From: Cupriavidus necator | Lineage (GTDB): Bacteria; Pseudomonadota; Gammaproteobacteria; Burkholderiales; Burkholderiaceae | Reading direction: 5' to 3' | Length of the DNA: 32,000 bases | Assembly: GCF_016127575.1 (NCBI RefSeq) | Contig: NZ_CP066018.1 | Span: 3,690,001 to 3,722,000 of the forward strand | Part shown: in pieces, positions 16,577 to 23,973 of the stretch | Layout of the letters: each line of letters opens with the position of its first letter | Numbering within the stretch: position 1 is the first letter of the stretch | The notes under the pieces: generated by a model | The model's database searches: none | Told to the model about the DNA's origin: nothing | Seen by the model: the letters and a program-made list of their open reading frames with translations, nothing else | Program-made: the position numbers and the translations under genes

Positions 16577-17388
16577 AACCCGCCGCATTCGACTACCTGC
16601 GCGCCGAATCCGCGCAGCATGCGCTGGAAGCGCTGGCCCATGCCGGCGAGGGTGCCCGCGTGCTGGCCGGCGGCCAGTCGCTGATGGCCGTGCTGAACAT
16701 GCGCCTCGCGCAGCCGCAACTGCTGGTCGACATCTCGCGCACCCCTGACCTGGATACCGTGCGCGTGGAAGACGGCCATCTGGTGGTGGGCGCTGCCGCC
16801 ACGCAAGGCAGCGTGGAATGGCGCCCGTCATTGGCCAGCGAGGTGCCGCTGCTCGCGCTCGCCTTCCCTCATATCTCGCATTTCCAGATCCGCAACCGCG
16901 GCACCGTGTGCGGCTCCATCGCCCACGCCGATCCGAGCGCCGAGCTGCCGCTGGTGCTCACCGCGCTCGGCGGCGAGGTGGTGCTGCGCTCGCTGCGCCG
17001 GCGCCGCGTGCTGCCGGCCGCCGAGTTCTTCCGCGGCATGCTGATGACGGCGCGCGAGCCCGACGAGCTGGTGGAAGCGGTGCGCTTCCCGCTTCGGCGC
17101 CCCGGCGCGCGCTACGGCTTTGCGGAGTTCTCGGCCCGGCATGGCGACTTCGCGCTGGCGGCGTGCGCCGCCATCGTCACGGACGACGCCATTGCGCTGG
17201 CCGTGGGCGGCGTGGCTGACCGGCCGGTGCTCGAGACCTGGCCACGCCTGCAGGGCAAGGCGCTGGCCGAGGCAATCAACGATTTCAGCTGGAAGCTGGG
17301 CGCGCAGGGCGACGCCCATGTCAGCGCGCAGTACCGCCGCCACCTGGTGCGGCAACTGGGCATGCGCGTAATCGAGGAGGCAAGATGA
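16573..17388 (+). CDS. CoxM-like FAD-binding subunit of the molybdenum hydroxylase (HmfB-like)
   Basis: ATGA overlap with the upstream gene. FAD-binding PCMH-type N-terminus ..LAGGQSLMAVLNMRL... Length of 271 aa is typical of medium subunits. Confidence 0.85.
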   Translation: MKPAAFDYLRAESAQHALEALAHAGEGARVLAGGQSLMAVLNMRLAQPQLLVDISRTPDLDTVRVEDGHLVVGAAATQGSVEWRPSLASEVPLLALAFPHISHFQIRNRGTVCGSIAHADPSAELPLVLTALGGEVVLRSLRRRRVLPAAEFFRGMLMTAREPDELVEAVRFPLRRPGARYGFAEFSARHGDFALAACAAIVTDDAIALAVGGVADRPVLETWPRLQGKALAEAINDFSWKLGAQGDAHVSAQYRRHLVRQLGMRVIEEAR

Positions 17389-17957
17389 GCAAGACCCCCC
17401 ACGGCGCACCTTTGGGTGCGCCCCCGGTGATGCGGCGCGATGAGCGCCAGCGCATCACCCTGACCCTGAACGGCACCGAACGCAGCGGCCTATGCGCGCC
17501 GCGCGAGCTGCTGTCCGACTTCCTGCGCCATGAGCTCGGCGCCACCGGCACCCACGTCGGCTGCGAGCACGGTGTCTGCGGCGCATGCACGGTGCGGGTG
17601 GACGGCGTCGCCGCGCGTTCCTGCCTGATGCTGGCGGTGCAGGCCGATGGCCGCGCCATCGATACCGTCGAAGGACTGGCCCCGCGCGAAGGCCTGGGCG
17701 ACCTGCAGGAAGCCTTCCGCCGCCACCATGCGCTGCAGTGCGGCTTCTGCACGGCCGGCATCCTGATGTCGTGCGCGGACTACCTGGAGCGGGTGCCCGA
17801 GCCGACCGAGGCGCAGGTGCGCGACATGCTGTCCGGCCACCTGTGCCGCTGCACGGGCTACACGCCGATCGTCGCCGCCGTCCTCGACGTGGCCGCCAGC
17901 CGCGCGCGCTTGCGCCGGATTGCGGCACCCCTTGCCGAGGAGCACTGCGATGCTTGA
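17385..17957 (+). CDS. CoxS-like (2Fe-2S)-binding small subunit (HmfC-like)
   Basis: ATGA overlap with the upstream gene. Two Fe-S cluster motifs: CEHGVCGACTV, and QCGFCTAGILMS..LCRCTGY. Confidence 0.9.
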   Translation: MSKTPHGAPLGAPPVMRRDERQRITLTLNGTERSGLCAPRELLSDFLRHELGATGTHVGCEHGVCGACTVRVDGVAARSCLMLAVQADGRAIDTVEGLAPREGLGDLQEAFRRHHALQCGFCTAGILMSCADYLERVPEPTEAQVRDMLSGHLCRCTGYTPIVAAVLDVAASRARLRRIAAPLAEEHCDA

Positions 17958-19503
17958 TCTCGGCCGCACCTTCCTACAAAGCGTGGAGCGCAGCCCCCAC
18001 GCCCCCGCCATCGTCGACGGCGACCTGCTGCTGACCTACGAGCAATGGCTTGCGCGCATTCGCGGCGTGGCCGCCGGCTTGCTCGACCTGGGCCTGCAGC
18101 CGGGCGACCGCGTGCTCGCCATCCTGCAGAACCGCTGGGAGATGGCGACCCTGCACTGGGCCTGCCAGTTCGCCGGCCTGGTCATCGTCCCGCTGAACTG
18201 GCGCGCCAAGCCGGACGAACTGGACTACTGCGTGCGCGACGCCGGCGTGAAGGCGCTGGTGTTCGAGCCGGTCAGCGCCGACGCGGTGCTGGACAGCCCC
18301 GCCGCGCAGGAAATCCCCTGCATCGCGCTGGACGGCGCGCCGGGCGGCTCGCTGTCGTTCGACACCCTGCTCCGTGCCACGCCCCGCCGGGACAGCACGC
18401 AGGCTGAAGCCGGCGACATCTCGCTCATGCTGTACACCTCCGGCACCACCGGCAAGCCAAAAGGTGTTCCACGCCGCCACCGGCAGGAACGCGCAGCCGC
18501 GCTGGCGCATGTTGCGCAGAACCTGTACCGGCGCGGCGAACGGACGCTGGGCGTAATGCCGCTGTACCACACCATGGGCGTGCGGTCCCTGCTGGCCATG
18601 GCGCTGGTGGACGGCCTATTCGTCTGCGTGCGGCGCTGGAGCGCGTCGCAGGCGCTGCAGGCCATCGCCGGCCATCGTGTCAGCTGCCTCTATCTCGTGC
18701 CCACGCTCTACCATGACCTGCTGGCCGAGCCCGGTTTCGACAGCAACGATGTGCGCACCGTCACCAAGCTCGGCTTCGCCGGCGCCGCCATGAACGATGG
18801 CCTGCTGACCCGCCTGGAGCACGCGTTCCGACCGGAGTTGTTCGTCAACCACTACGGCTCGTCCGAGGTCTACACCTTCAGCGTCGACCAGCACGCGGCA
18901 CGCAAACCCGGCAGCGCGGGCCGCGCCGGCCTCAACACGCGGCTGCGCGTGGCGCGGCTTGACGCGGCCTCGCCCGACGAGCTGGCCGCGCCCGGCGAGG
19001 AAGGCCAGATCATCGCCGACCTGCGCGGCGACGAGGCCTTCGAGGGCTACTGGAACCGCGACGACGCCAATGCCAAGTCCCTGCGCGACGGCTGGTACTT
19101 CACCGGCGACATCGGCTACCTCGACGCTGACGGCGACCTGTTCGTCACCGGGCGGGTCGACGACATGATCATCAGCGGCGGCGAAAACATCTCGCCCGCC
19201 GATATCGAATCGGTGCTGTCCCTGCACCCCGCCGTGGACGAGGTGGCGGTGGCCGGCGTGCCCGACGCCCGCTGGGGCCAGAAGGTGGTGGCCTTCGTCA
19301 AGCCGCGCGGCTGTGTCGACGCGGGCGCGCTCGACGACTACTGCCGCGGCTCCGACCTCGTCAACTTCAAACGCCCGCGCGACTACGTGTTTGTCGCCGA
19401 CATCCCGAAATCGCCGGTCGGCAAGATCCTGCGCCGCAAGCTGTCTGCGGGCGAATACAGCGCACTTTCCTCTCTTCCCCACAGCGACCCCATCAAGGAG
19501 TAA
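17950..19503 (+). CDS. AMP-dependent CoA ligase (HmfD-like, putative 2-furoyl-CoA synthetase)
   Basis: ATG 17950 is preceded by GAGGAG and overlaps the CoxS stop by 8 nt. Motifs: LYTSGTTGKPKGV, YGSSE, WYFTGDIG, PKSPVGKILRR. Confidence 0.85.
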   Translation: MLDLGRTFLQSVERSPHAPAIVDGDLLLTYEQWLARIRGVAAGLLDLGLQPGDRVLAILQNRWEMATLHWACQFAGLVIVPLNWRAKPDELDYCVRDAGVKALVFEPVSADAVLDSPAAQEIPCIALDGAPGGSLSFDTLLRATPRRDSTQAEAGDISLMLYTSGTTGKPKGVPRRHRQERAAALAHVAQNLYRRGERTLGVMPLYHTMGVRSLLAMALVDGLFVCVRRWSASQALQAIAGHRVSCLYLVPTLYHDLLAEPGFDSNDVRTVTKLGFAGAAMNDGLLTRLEHAFRPELFVNHYGSSEVYTFSVDQHAARKPGSAGRAGLNTRLRVARLDAASPDELAAPGEEGQIIADLRGDEAFEGYWNRDDANAKSLRDGWYFTGDIGYLDADGDLFVTGRVDDMIISGGENISPADIESVLSLHPAVDEVAVAGVPDARWGQKVVAFVKPRGCVDAGALDDYCRGSDLVNFKRPRDYVFVADIPKSPVGKILRRKLSAGEYSALSSLPHSDPIKE

Positions 19504-19507
19504 CGAC

Positions 19508-20323
19508 ATGACCCAGGCCTTCGCACTGACCCATCCCGACCAGCAGCGCCTGCAGGACCTCGACGGTTTTTCCGTGGAGATCGACCCGGCCCGCGAGCGC
19601 GCGGACATCATCCTGCACCGCCCGCCTTACAACGTGATCTCGATGGCGGCCCGCGACCAGTTGCGTGCCGTGTTCGAGGCGCTGGACGCCGATGACCGCC
19701 TGCGCGTCATCGTGCTGCGCGCGCAGGGCAAGCATTTCTCCAGCGGCGGCGACATCCGCGGCTTCCTGGAAGCGTCGCCGGAGCATGTGTCGAAGCTCGC
19801 GTGGAACGTGGCGGCGCCGGCGCGCTGCAGCAAGCCGGTGATCGCGGCCAACCAGGGCTACTGCTTCGGCGTGGGCTTCGAACTGTCGCTGGCATGCGAC
19901 TTCCGCATCGCCACCGCCACCACGGAATACGCGCTGCCCGAGCAGAAGCTCGGCCAGATTCCGGGATCCGGCGGCTCGGCGCGCTTGCAGAAGATGGTGG
20001 GCGTGGGCCGCACCAAGGACATCGTCATGCGCTCGCGCCGCATCCCGGGGCGCCAGGCGTACGAGTGGGGCATCGCCGTGGATTGCGTCGCTGACGCCGA
20101 GCTGGAAGCCGCCACCGATGCGCTGGTCGACGAACTGCGTGCCTTCTCCCCGCTGGCCCAGCGCACCGCCAAGAAGCTGCTCAACGACACCGAGGACGCA
20201 CCGCTGTCGACCGCCATCGAACTCGAAGGGCACTGCTACAGCCGCCTGCGCAGCTCGGACGACTTCCGCGAAGGCGTGGAAGCGTTCCACGCGAAGCGCA
20301 ATCCCGATTTCCGCGGCAGCTGA
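19508..20323 (+). CDS. crotonase-fold enoyl-CoA hydratase/hydrolase (HmfE-like, putative 2-oxoglutaroyl-CoA hydrolase)
   Basis: ATG 19508 is preceded by AAGGAG, 4 nt after the ligase stop. Crotonase blocks KHFSSGGDI and ANQGYCFGVGFELSLACD. The track ORF start at 19313 lies inside the ligase gene. Confidence 0.85.
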   Translation: MTQAFALTHPDQQRLQDLDGFSVEIDPARERADIILHRPPYNVISMAARDQLRAVFEALDADDRLRVIVLRAQGKHFSSGGDIRGFLEASPEHVSKLAWNVAAPARCSKPVIAANQGYCFGVGFELSLACDFRIATATTEYALPEQKLGQIPGSGGSARLQKMVGVGRTKDIVMRSRRIPGRQAYEWGIAVDCVADAELEAATDALVDELRAFSPLAQRTAKKLLNDTEDAPLSTAIELEGHCYSRLRSSDDFREGVEAFHAKRNPDFRGS

Positions 20324-20441
20324 GCGCGGGCGGGGCTGACCCGCCTGCCGCGCCGGAGATACGGACGCATACGGACCCATCGACGATGCCCCTGGCGGGC
20401 ATCGCGGGGAGCCGTTCATTCAAAAATATATGGAGACAACG

Positions 20442-21803
20442 ATGGAAGTGCTGGCAAATGACAAGGTGCCGACCAGCGGCGCGCAGAGCGCGGCGCCCGT
20501 GGCCGCGAACAACCGGCAGGTGCTGGGCGCGGTGACGGCTTCGTGCATGGGATGGGCGCTCGACCTGTTCGACCTGTTTATCCTGCTGTTCGTGGCGCCG
20601 GTGATCGGCAAGCTGTTCTTTCCGTCCGAGCACGCGATGCTGTCGCTGGCGGCCGTGTACGCGTCATTCGCGGTGACGCTGCTGATGCGCCCGCTCGGCT
20701 CGGCCATCTTCGGCGCGTACGCGGACCGGCACGGGCGCAAGGGTGCCATGGTGGTGGCCGTCACCGGCGTCGGCCTGTCGACTGCGGCGTTCGGGCTGCT
20801 GCCGACGGTCGCCCAGGTCGGCCTCTTCGCGCCGGCGCTGTTCATCCTGCTGCGGCTGGTGCAGGGCGTGTTCGTCGGCGGCGTGGTCGCTTCGACGCAT
20901 ACCATAGGCACGGAATCGGTGCCGCCGTCGTGGCGCGGCGCGGTTTCCGGCCTGGTGGGCGGCGGCGGCGCGGGCATCGGCGCGCTGCTGGCGTCGATCA
21001 CTTACATGGCAATGACGGCGCTGTTTCCCGGCGACGCCTTCGAGGTCTGGGGATGGCGCTGCATGTTCTTTGCCGGCATCGTCAGCTCGGTGCTGGGGCT
21101 GGTCATCTTCAACTCGCTGGAGGAGTCGCCGCTGTGGAAGCAGCTGCAGGCGGCAAAGGCCGCCAGCGGCCACGCCAAGCCGCAAGCGCATCCGCTGCGC
21201 ACGCTGTTCTCGCGCGAGTATCGTGGCATCCTGCTGGTCAACATCCTGCTGACCGTGGGCGCGGGCAGCGCCTACTACCTGACTTCCGGCTACCTTCCCA
21301 CTTTTCTGAAGGTCGTGGTCAAGGCATCCCCCGGCGAGTCCTCGGCCATCCTGATGCTGAGCAGCCTCGGTGTGATCGTCGCATCGGTGGCAGCGGGGCA
21401 TTTCAGCACGCTGGTCGGGCGCAAGCGCGCCTTCCTGCTGATCGGCGCCCTCAGCCTGGTGCTGATGCCCCTGCTCTACCAGTGGATGCCGGCCGCGCCA
21501 ACCGCCACCTTGCGCGGCGTCTACGCGGTGGCGCTCAGCATGCTCGGGTGCGCCGGCTTCGCGCCGATCCTCATCTTCCTGAACGAGCGGTTTCCCACCA
21601 GCATCCGCGCCTCCGGCACGGGCTTGTCGTGGAACATCGGCTTCGCCATCGGCGGGATGATGCCGACGCTGGCCTCGCTCGCCGCCGGCACGCCCGCCGA
21701 CCTGCCGGTGATCCTTGGTGTATTCCTCGCGGCCGTCACGCTGGTCTATCTGGTGGGCGCTACGATCGTGCCGGAGACGCTGGGCCGTCTTGTAGAAAAG
21801 TAG
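20442..21803 (+). CDS. MFS transporter, metabolite:H+ symporter type (HmfT1-like position)
   Basis: About 12 predicted hydrophobic spans. MHS-like loop GAYADRHGRKGAMVV. GGAGA at 20432-20436 favours ATG 20442 over ATG 20430. Confidence 0.85.
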   Translation: MEVLANDKVPTSGAQSAAPVAANNRQVLGAVTASCMGWALDLFDLFILLFVAPVIGKLFFPSEHAMLSLAAVYASFAVTLLMRPLGSAIFGAYADRHGRKGAMVVAVTGVGLSTAAFGLLPTVAQVGLFAPALFILLRLVQGVFVGGVVASTHTIGTESVPPSWRGAVSGLVGGGGAGIGALLASITYMAMTALFPGDAFEVWGWRCMFFAGIVSSVLGLVIFNSLEESPLWKQLQAAKAASGHAKPQAHPLRTLFSREYRGILLVNILLTVGAGSAYYLTSGYLPTFLKVVVKASPGESSAILMLSSLGVIVASVAAGHFSTLVGRKRAFLLIGALSLVLMPLLYQWMPAAPTATLRGVYAVALSMLGCAGFAPILIFLNERFPTSIRASGTGLSWNIGFAIGGMMPTLASLAAGTPADLPVILGVFLAAVTLVYLVGATIVPETLGRLVEK

Positions 21804-21829
21804 GGGGCACTGCTGAGCTGCGGGGTGGC

Positions 21830-21896
21830 GGCCCGGACTTCGCTGAGGCGCCGGCCCTCCCCCCGGCCCCTCTCCCGCGAGCGGGAGAGGGGAGCA
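21830..21896 (+). repeat. REP-like element, copy 1, containing a 12-bp-arm hairpin
   Basis: GGCCCGGACTTCGCTGAGGCGCCGGCCCTCCCCCCGGCCCCTCTCCCGCGAGCGGGAGAGGGGAGCA. Hairpin CCCCTCTCCCGC-GA-GCGGGAGAGGGG at 21867-21892. A near-identical copy is at 27796-27863. Confidence 0.85.
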
Positions 21897-21929
21897 CCCG
21901 CAAGACCTGGAAGGTCTTAAGTTCGACGC

Positions 21930-21979
21930 ATTCCGTCTTGGACAGACATACCGCTCCTACCTAGACTCCAGTCACCCCC
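21930..21979 (+). promoter_or_regulatory. promoter-like module A: ATTCCGTCTTGGACAGAC-N12-CCTAGACT-N4-TCACCCC
   Basis: -35 TGGACA (21939-21944), a 17-nt spacer, -10 TAGACT (21962-21967). 35 of 50 positions match the module upstream of the AKR operon (29641-29691, minus strand), in three conserved blocks. Confidence 0.4.
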
Positions 21980-21985
21980 GGGCAA

Positions 21986-22027
21986 TGCCGGGATTCTTAA
22001 CAGTGAAACCCGGCAGTCTTTTTTTTT
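21986..22027 (+). terminator. intrinsic-terminator-like hairpin followed by T9
   Basis: TGCCGGG (21986-21992) pairs with CCCGGCA (22009-22015) over a 16-nt loop, then GTC plus nine T (22019-22027). It lies 180 nt after the MFS stop and ~15 nt after the predicted start site of module A. Confidence 0.4.
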
Positions 22028-22038
22028 GATCCGCCGAT

Positions 22039-22056
22039 CTATCTACCAGTAGATAG
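22039..22056. promoter_or_regulatory. perfect palindrome CTATCTAC-CA-GTAGATAG (candidate operator)
   Basis: Read directly. It lies ~95 nt upstream of the ATG at 22149. Function is inferred only. Confidence 0.25.
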
Positions 22057-22148
22057 CATCACTTAAAGGCTGCCATCTCGATGACAGACTGGCCCTGCGA
22101 CCAAACCCAAAGGTTGCCCCGGCCGATCGGACTAAACAGGAGAGCATC

Positions 22149-22610
22149 ATGCAAGCAAAGACCATCCTCACGGCTATCACATTGGCCGCCGCCCTGACCG
22201 CCGGCGTGGCCCACGCAGCCGCTCAGCCGGAAACCGCCGGCAGCGCATTCCGCGTGAGCACGCCTCGTGACGCCTACACCGACGGCGCCCGCATCAGCAA
22301 CCGGGATGGCTACACCGATGGTGCCAGGATCACCAATCGGGATGGCTACATTGCCACCCGCAAGGTCGACCCCTACCTGGACGGTGCGCGCGGCAATGAC
22401 CGTCGCAACCCGTTCTACGACGGCGCCAACGCAGCCGATTCGCATCCCGACCTGCAAGTGGTTGCCGGACTCGACCGCACCGGTGTCTCGGCCAGTCCTG
22501 CGCGCCAGGCAGACCCGTACCTGGATGGCGCACGCGGCAACAGCCCGCGCGATCCCTATTCAGAAGGCGCTCGCGGCGCCAATGGGTCCGGTGAGCACTT
22601 TTCGGCATAA
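22149..22610 (+). CDS. secreted low-complexity protein with D-x-Y-x-D-G-A-R repeats, unknown function
   Basis: AGGAGA lies 7 nt upstream of the ATG. Signal peptide MQAKTILTAITLAAALTAGVAHA. Mature part carries ~7 degenerate repeats: DAYTDGAR, DGYTDGAR, DGYIATR, DPYLDGAR, PFYDGAN, DPYLDGAR, DPYSEGAR. Confidence 0.7.
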   Translation: MQAKTILTAITLAAALTAGVAHAAAQPETAGSAFRVSTPRDAYTDGARISNRDGYTDGARITNRDGYIATRKVDPYLDGARGNDRRNPFYDGANAADSHPDLQVVAGLDRTGVSASPARQADPYLDGARGNSPRDPYSEGARGANGSGEHFSA

Positions 22611-22840
22611 GCGCCGGGTCATCGCGGTCACCCGTGCCTGGTCTGCGCGGCGGCCTCCGCTGCTGCCCTGCCCTCCCGGCACGACGGGTCCTGACATTTG
22701 ATATGAAATCAAAAGTATTTGACCCATACACGGCTTAATCAACAAATATAAACCGCGCAAACTGCGGTCCATCGACGAACTTCCCGAGCCCGCGGCCACG
22801 TACCCCCGGTGGCCGCACCCTCCCTGATCAAGGTCCCAAA

Positions 22841-23950
22841 ATGAGTCTACTGTTCAAGCCCTTTACCATGGGCGAGCGCCAGCTCGCTAACCGGATCGCC
22901 ATGGCGCCGCTGACCCGTTCCCGCAATCCGGACGGGGTTCCCAACGACCTCAACGCGCTCTACTACAGCCAACGCGCTGACGCCGGCCTGATCGTGACCG
23001 AGGGCACGGTGATATCGCCCAGCGCCCAGGGCTTCCTGTTCAACCCTGGCCTGTACACACCACAACAGGTCGATGGCTGGCGCAAGGTCACTGACGCCGT
23101 CCACGCCAAGGGCGGCACGATCTTCACCCAGCTCTGGCATGTCGGCCGTGTGAGCCATGTTTCGATCCAGCCCGGTGGCATACAGCCGGTCAGTGCCACC
23201 GGCCAGACCGCGAAGAACACCAAGGCCTGGGGTTACACCGCCGATGGCACGCCGGGTGCGGTCGATGTGTCCGCGCCCCGCGTACTGACGACCGGCGAGG
23301 TCTATGGCGTGATCGCCGATTTTGCCGAGGCCGCCGCCAATGCGATGGAGGCCGGCTTTGACGGCGTCGAGCTGCACGGCGCCAATGGTTACCTGATCGA
23401 GCAGTTCCTGAACCCGGCGGTAAACGATCGCACCGATGAATTCCGCGGCGACATCCTGGAAAGCCGCACCCGTTTCGCCCTGGCAGCCATCGATGCGGTC
23501 GCGGCGCGGATCGGTGCGCAACGCACGGCCATCCGTTTGTCGCCTTATGGCGGCCTCGGCGACATGGCCGCCTACGCGGAGCTCGAGGAAACGTATCTCC
23601 ATCTCGCCGATGAACTCTCCAGGCGCAATATCGCTTACGTCCACCTGATGGATCAGAGCACGCGCGGCAGTTCGGCCACGCCAGGTGACTTCCTTGCAAA
23701 GTTCCGCAGCCGATTCACGGGCGTGCTGATCCTTGCCGGAGGCATGACGCGCGCACGCGCCGAGGACCTCATCGCCGATGGCCTGATCGACATTGCCGCA
23801 TTCGGCGAGCCGTTCATTGCCAACCCCGACCTGGTCGCGCGCCTCGCGAACGACTGGCCCCTGGCCATGTCCGATCGCGCGCTCCACTATGGCGGCGGCG
23901 CCGAAGGCTACACCGACTATCCCGCCTACGACGGCAAGGCCGCGGCGTAA
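22841..23950 (+). CDS. Old Yellow Enzyme family NAD(P)H:flavin oxidoreductase / alkene reductase (NemA-like)
   Basis: LFKPFTMGERQLANRIAMAPLTRSR.., HGANGYLIEQFL, and the C-terminal FGEPFIANPDL block are all OYE hallmarks. Confidence 0.9.
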   Translation: MSLLFKPFTMGERQLANRIAMAPLTRSRNPDGVPNDLNALYYSQRADAGLIVTEGTVISPSAQGFLFNPGLYTPQQVDGWRKVTDAVHAKGGTIFTQLWHVGRVSHVSIQPGGIQPVSATGQTAKNTKAWGYTADGTPGAVDVSAPRVLTTGEVYGVIADFAEAAANAMEAGFDGVELHGANGYLIEQFLNPAVNDRTDEFRGDILESRTRFALAAIDAVAARIGAQRTAIRLSPYGGLGDMAAYAELEETYLHLADELSRRNIAYVHLMDQSTRGSSATPGDFLAKFRSRFTGVLILAGGMTRARAEDLIADGLIDIAAFGEPFIANPDLVARLANDWPLAMSDRALHYGGGAEGYTDYPAYDGKAAA

Positions 23951-23973
23951 GGCACCTGCCAGGATCTGCCACG

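Noticed and set aside
13448-16831. A 1127-aa uninterrupted ORF on the minus strand, covering the whole Mo-hydroxylase large-subunit gene.
   Set aside because: It is antisense to a gene with strong family motifs, and its translation is Arg/Ala/Gly/His-rich low-complexity sequence with no recognisable domain. Sense codons of type NNS read as SNN on the opposite strand, which cannot form TAA, TAG or TGA. Very long antisense ORFs are therefore expected in GC-rich genes. The same logic applies to 1327..2469(-), 4797..5957(+), 25197..26588(+), 22847..23992(-), 28644..29639(+) and similar shadow ORFs.
20543-21964. A 473-aa alternative-frame ORF overlapping the MFS transporter gene, and similarly 23793..25175 overlapping the second MFS gene.
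   Set aside because: These are out-of-frame shadows with Arg/Gly/Ala/Pro-rich translations. The annotated frames give clean 12-span membrane proteins with MFS motifs.
22792-22816. An 8-bp GC hairpin GCGGCCAC-N9-GTGGCCGC, 25 nt upstream of the OYE reductase ATG. Also the TTTGAT-N5-ATCAAA inverted repeat at 22697-22713.
   Set aside because: Both are real in the sequence, but short GC hairpins and short AT dyads are common by chance in intergenic DNA. There is no U-tract, no second copy and no adjacent regulator gene to tie them to. They are too weak to call a terminator or operator.
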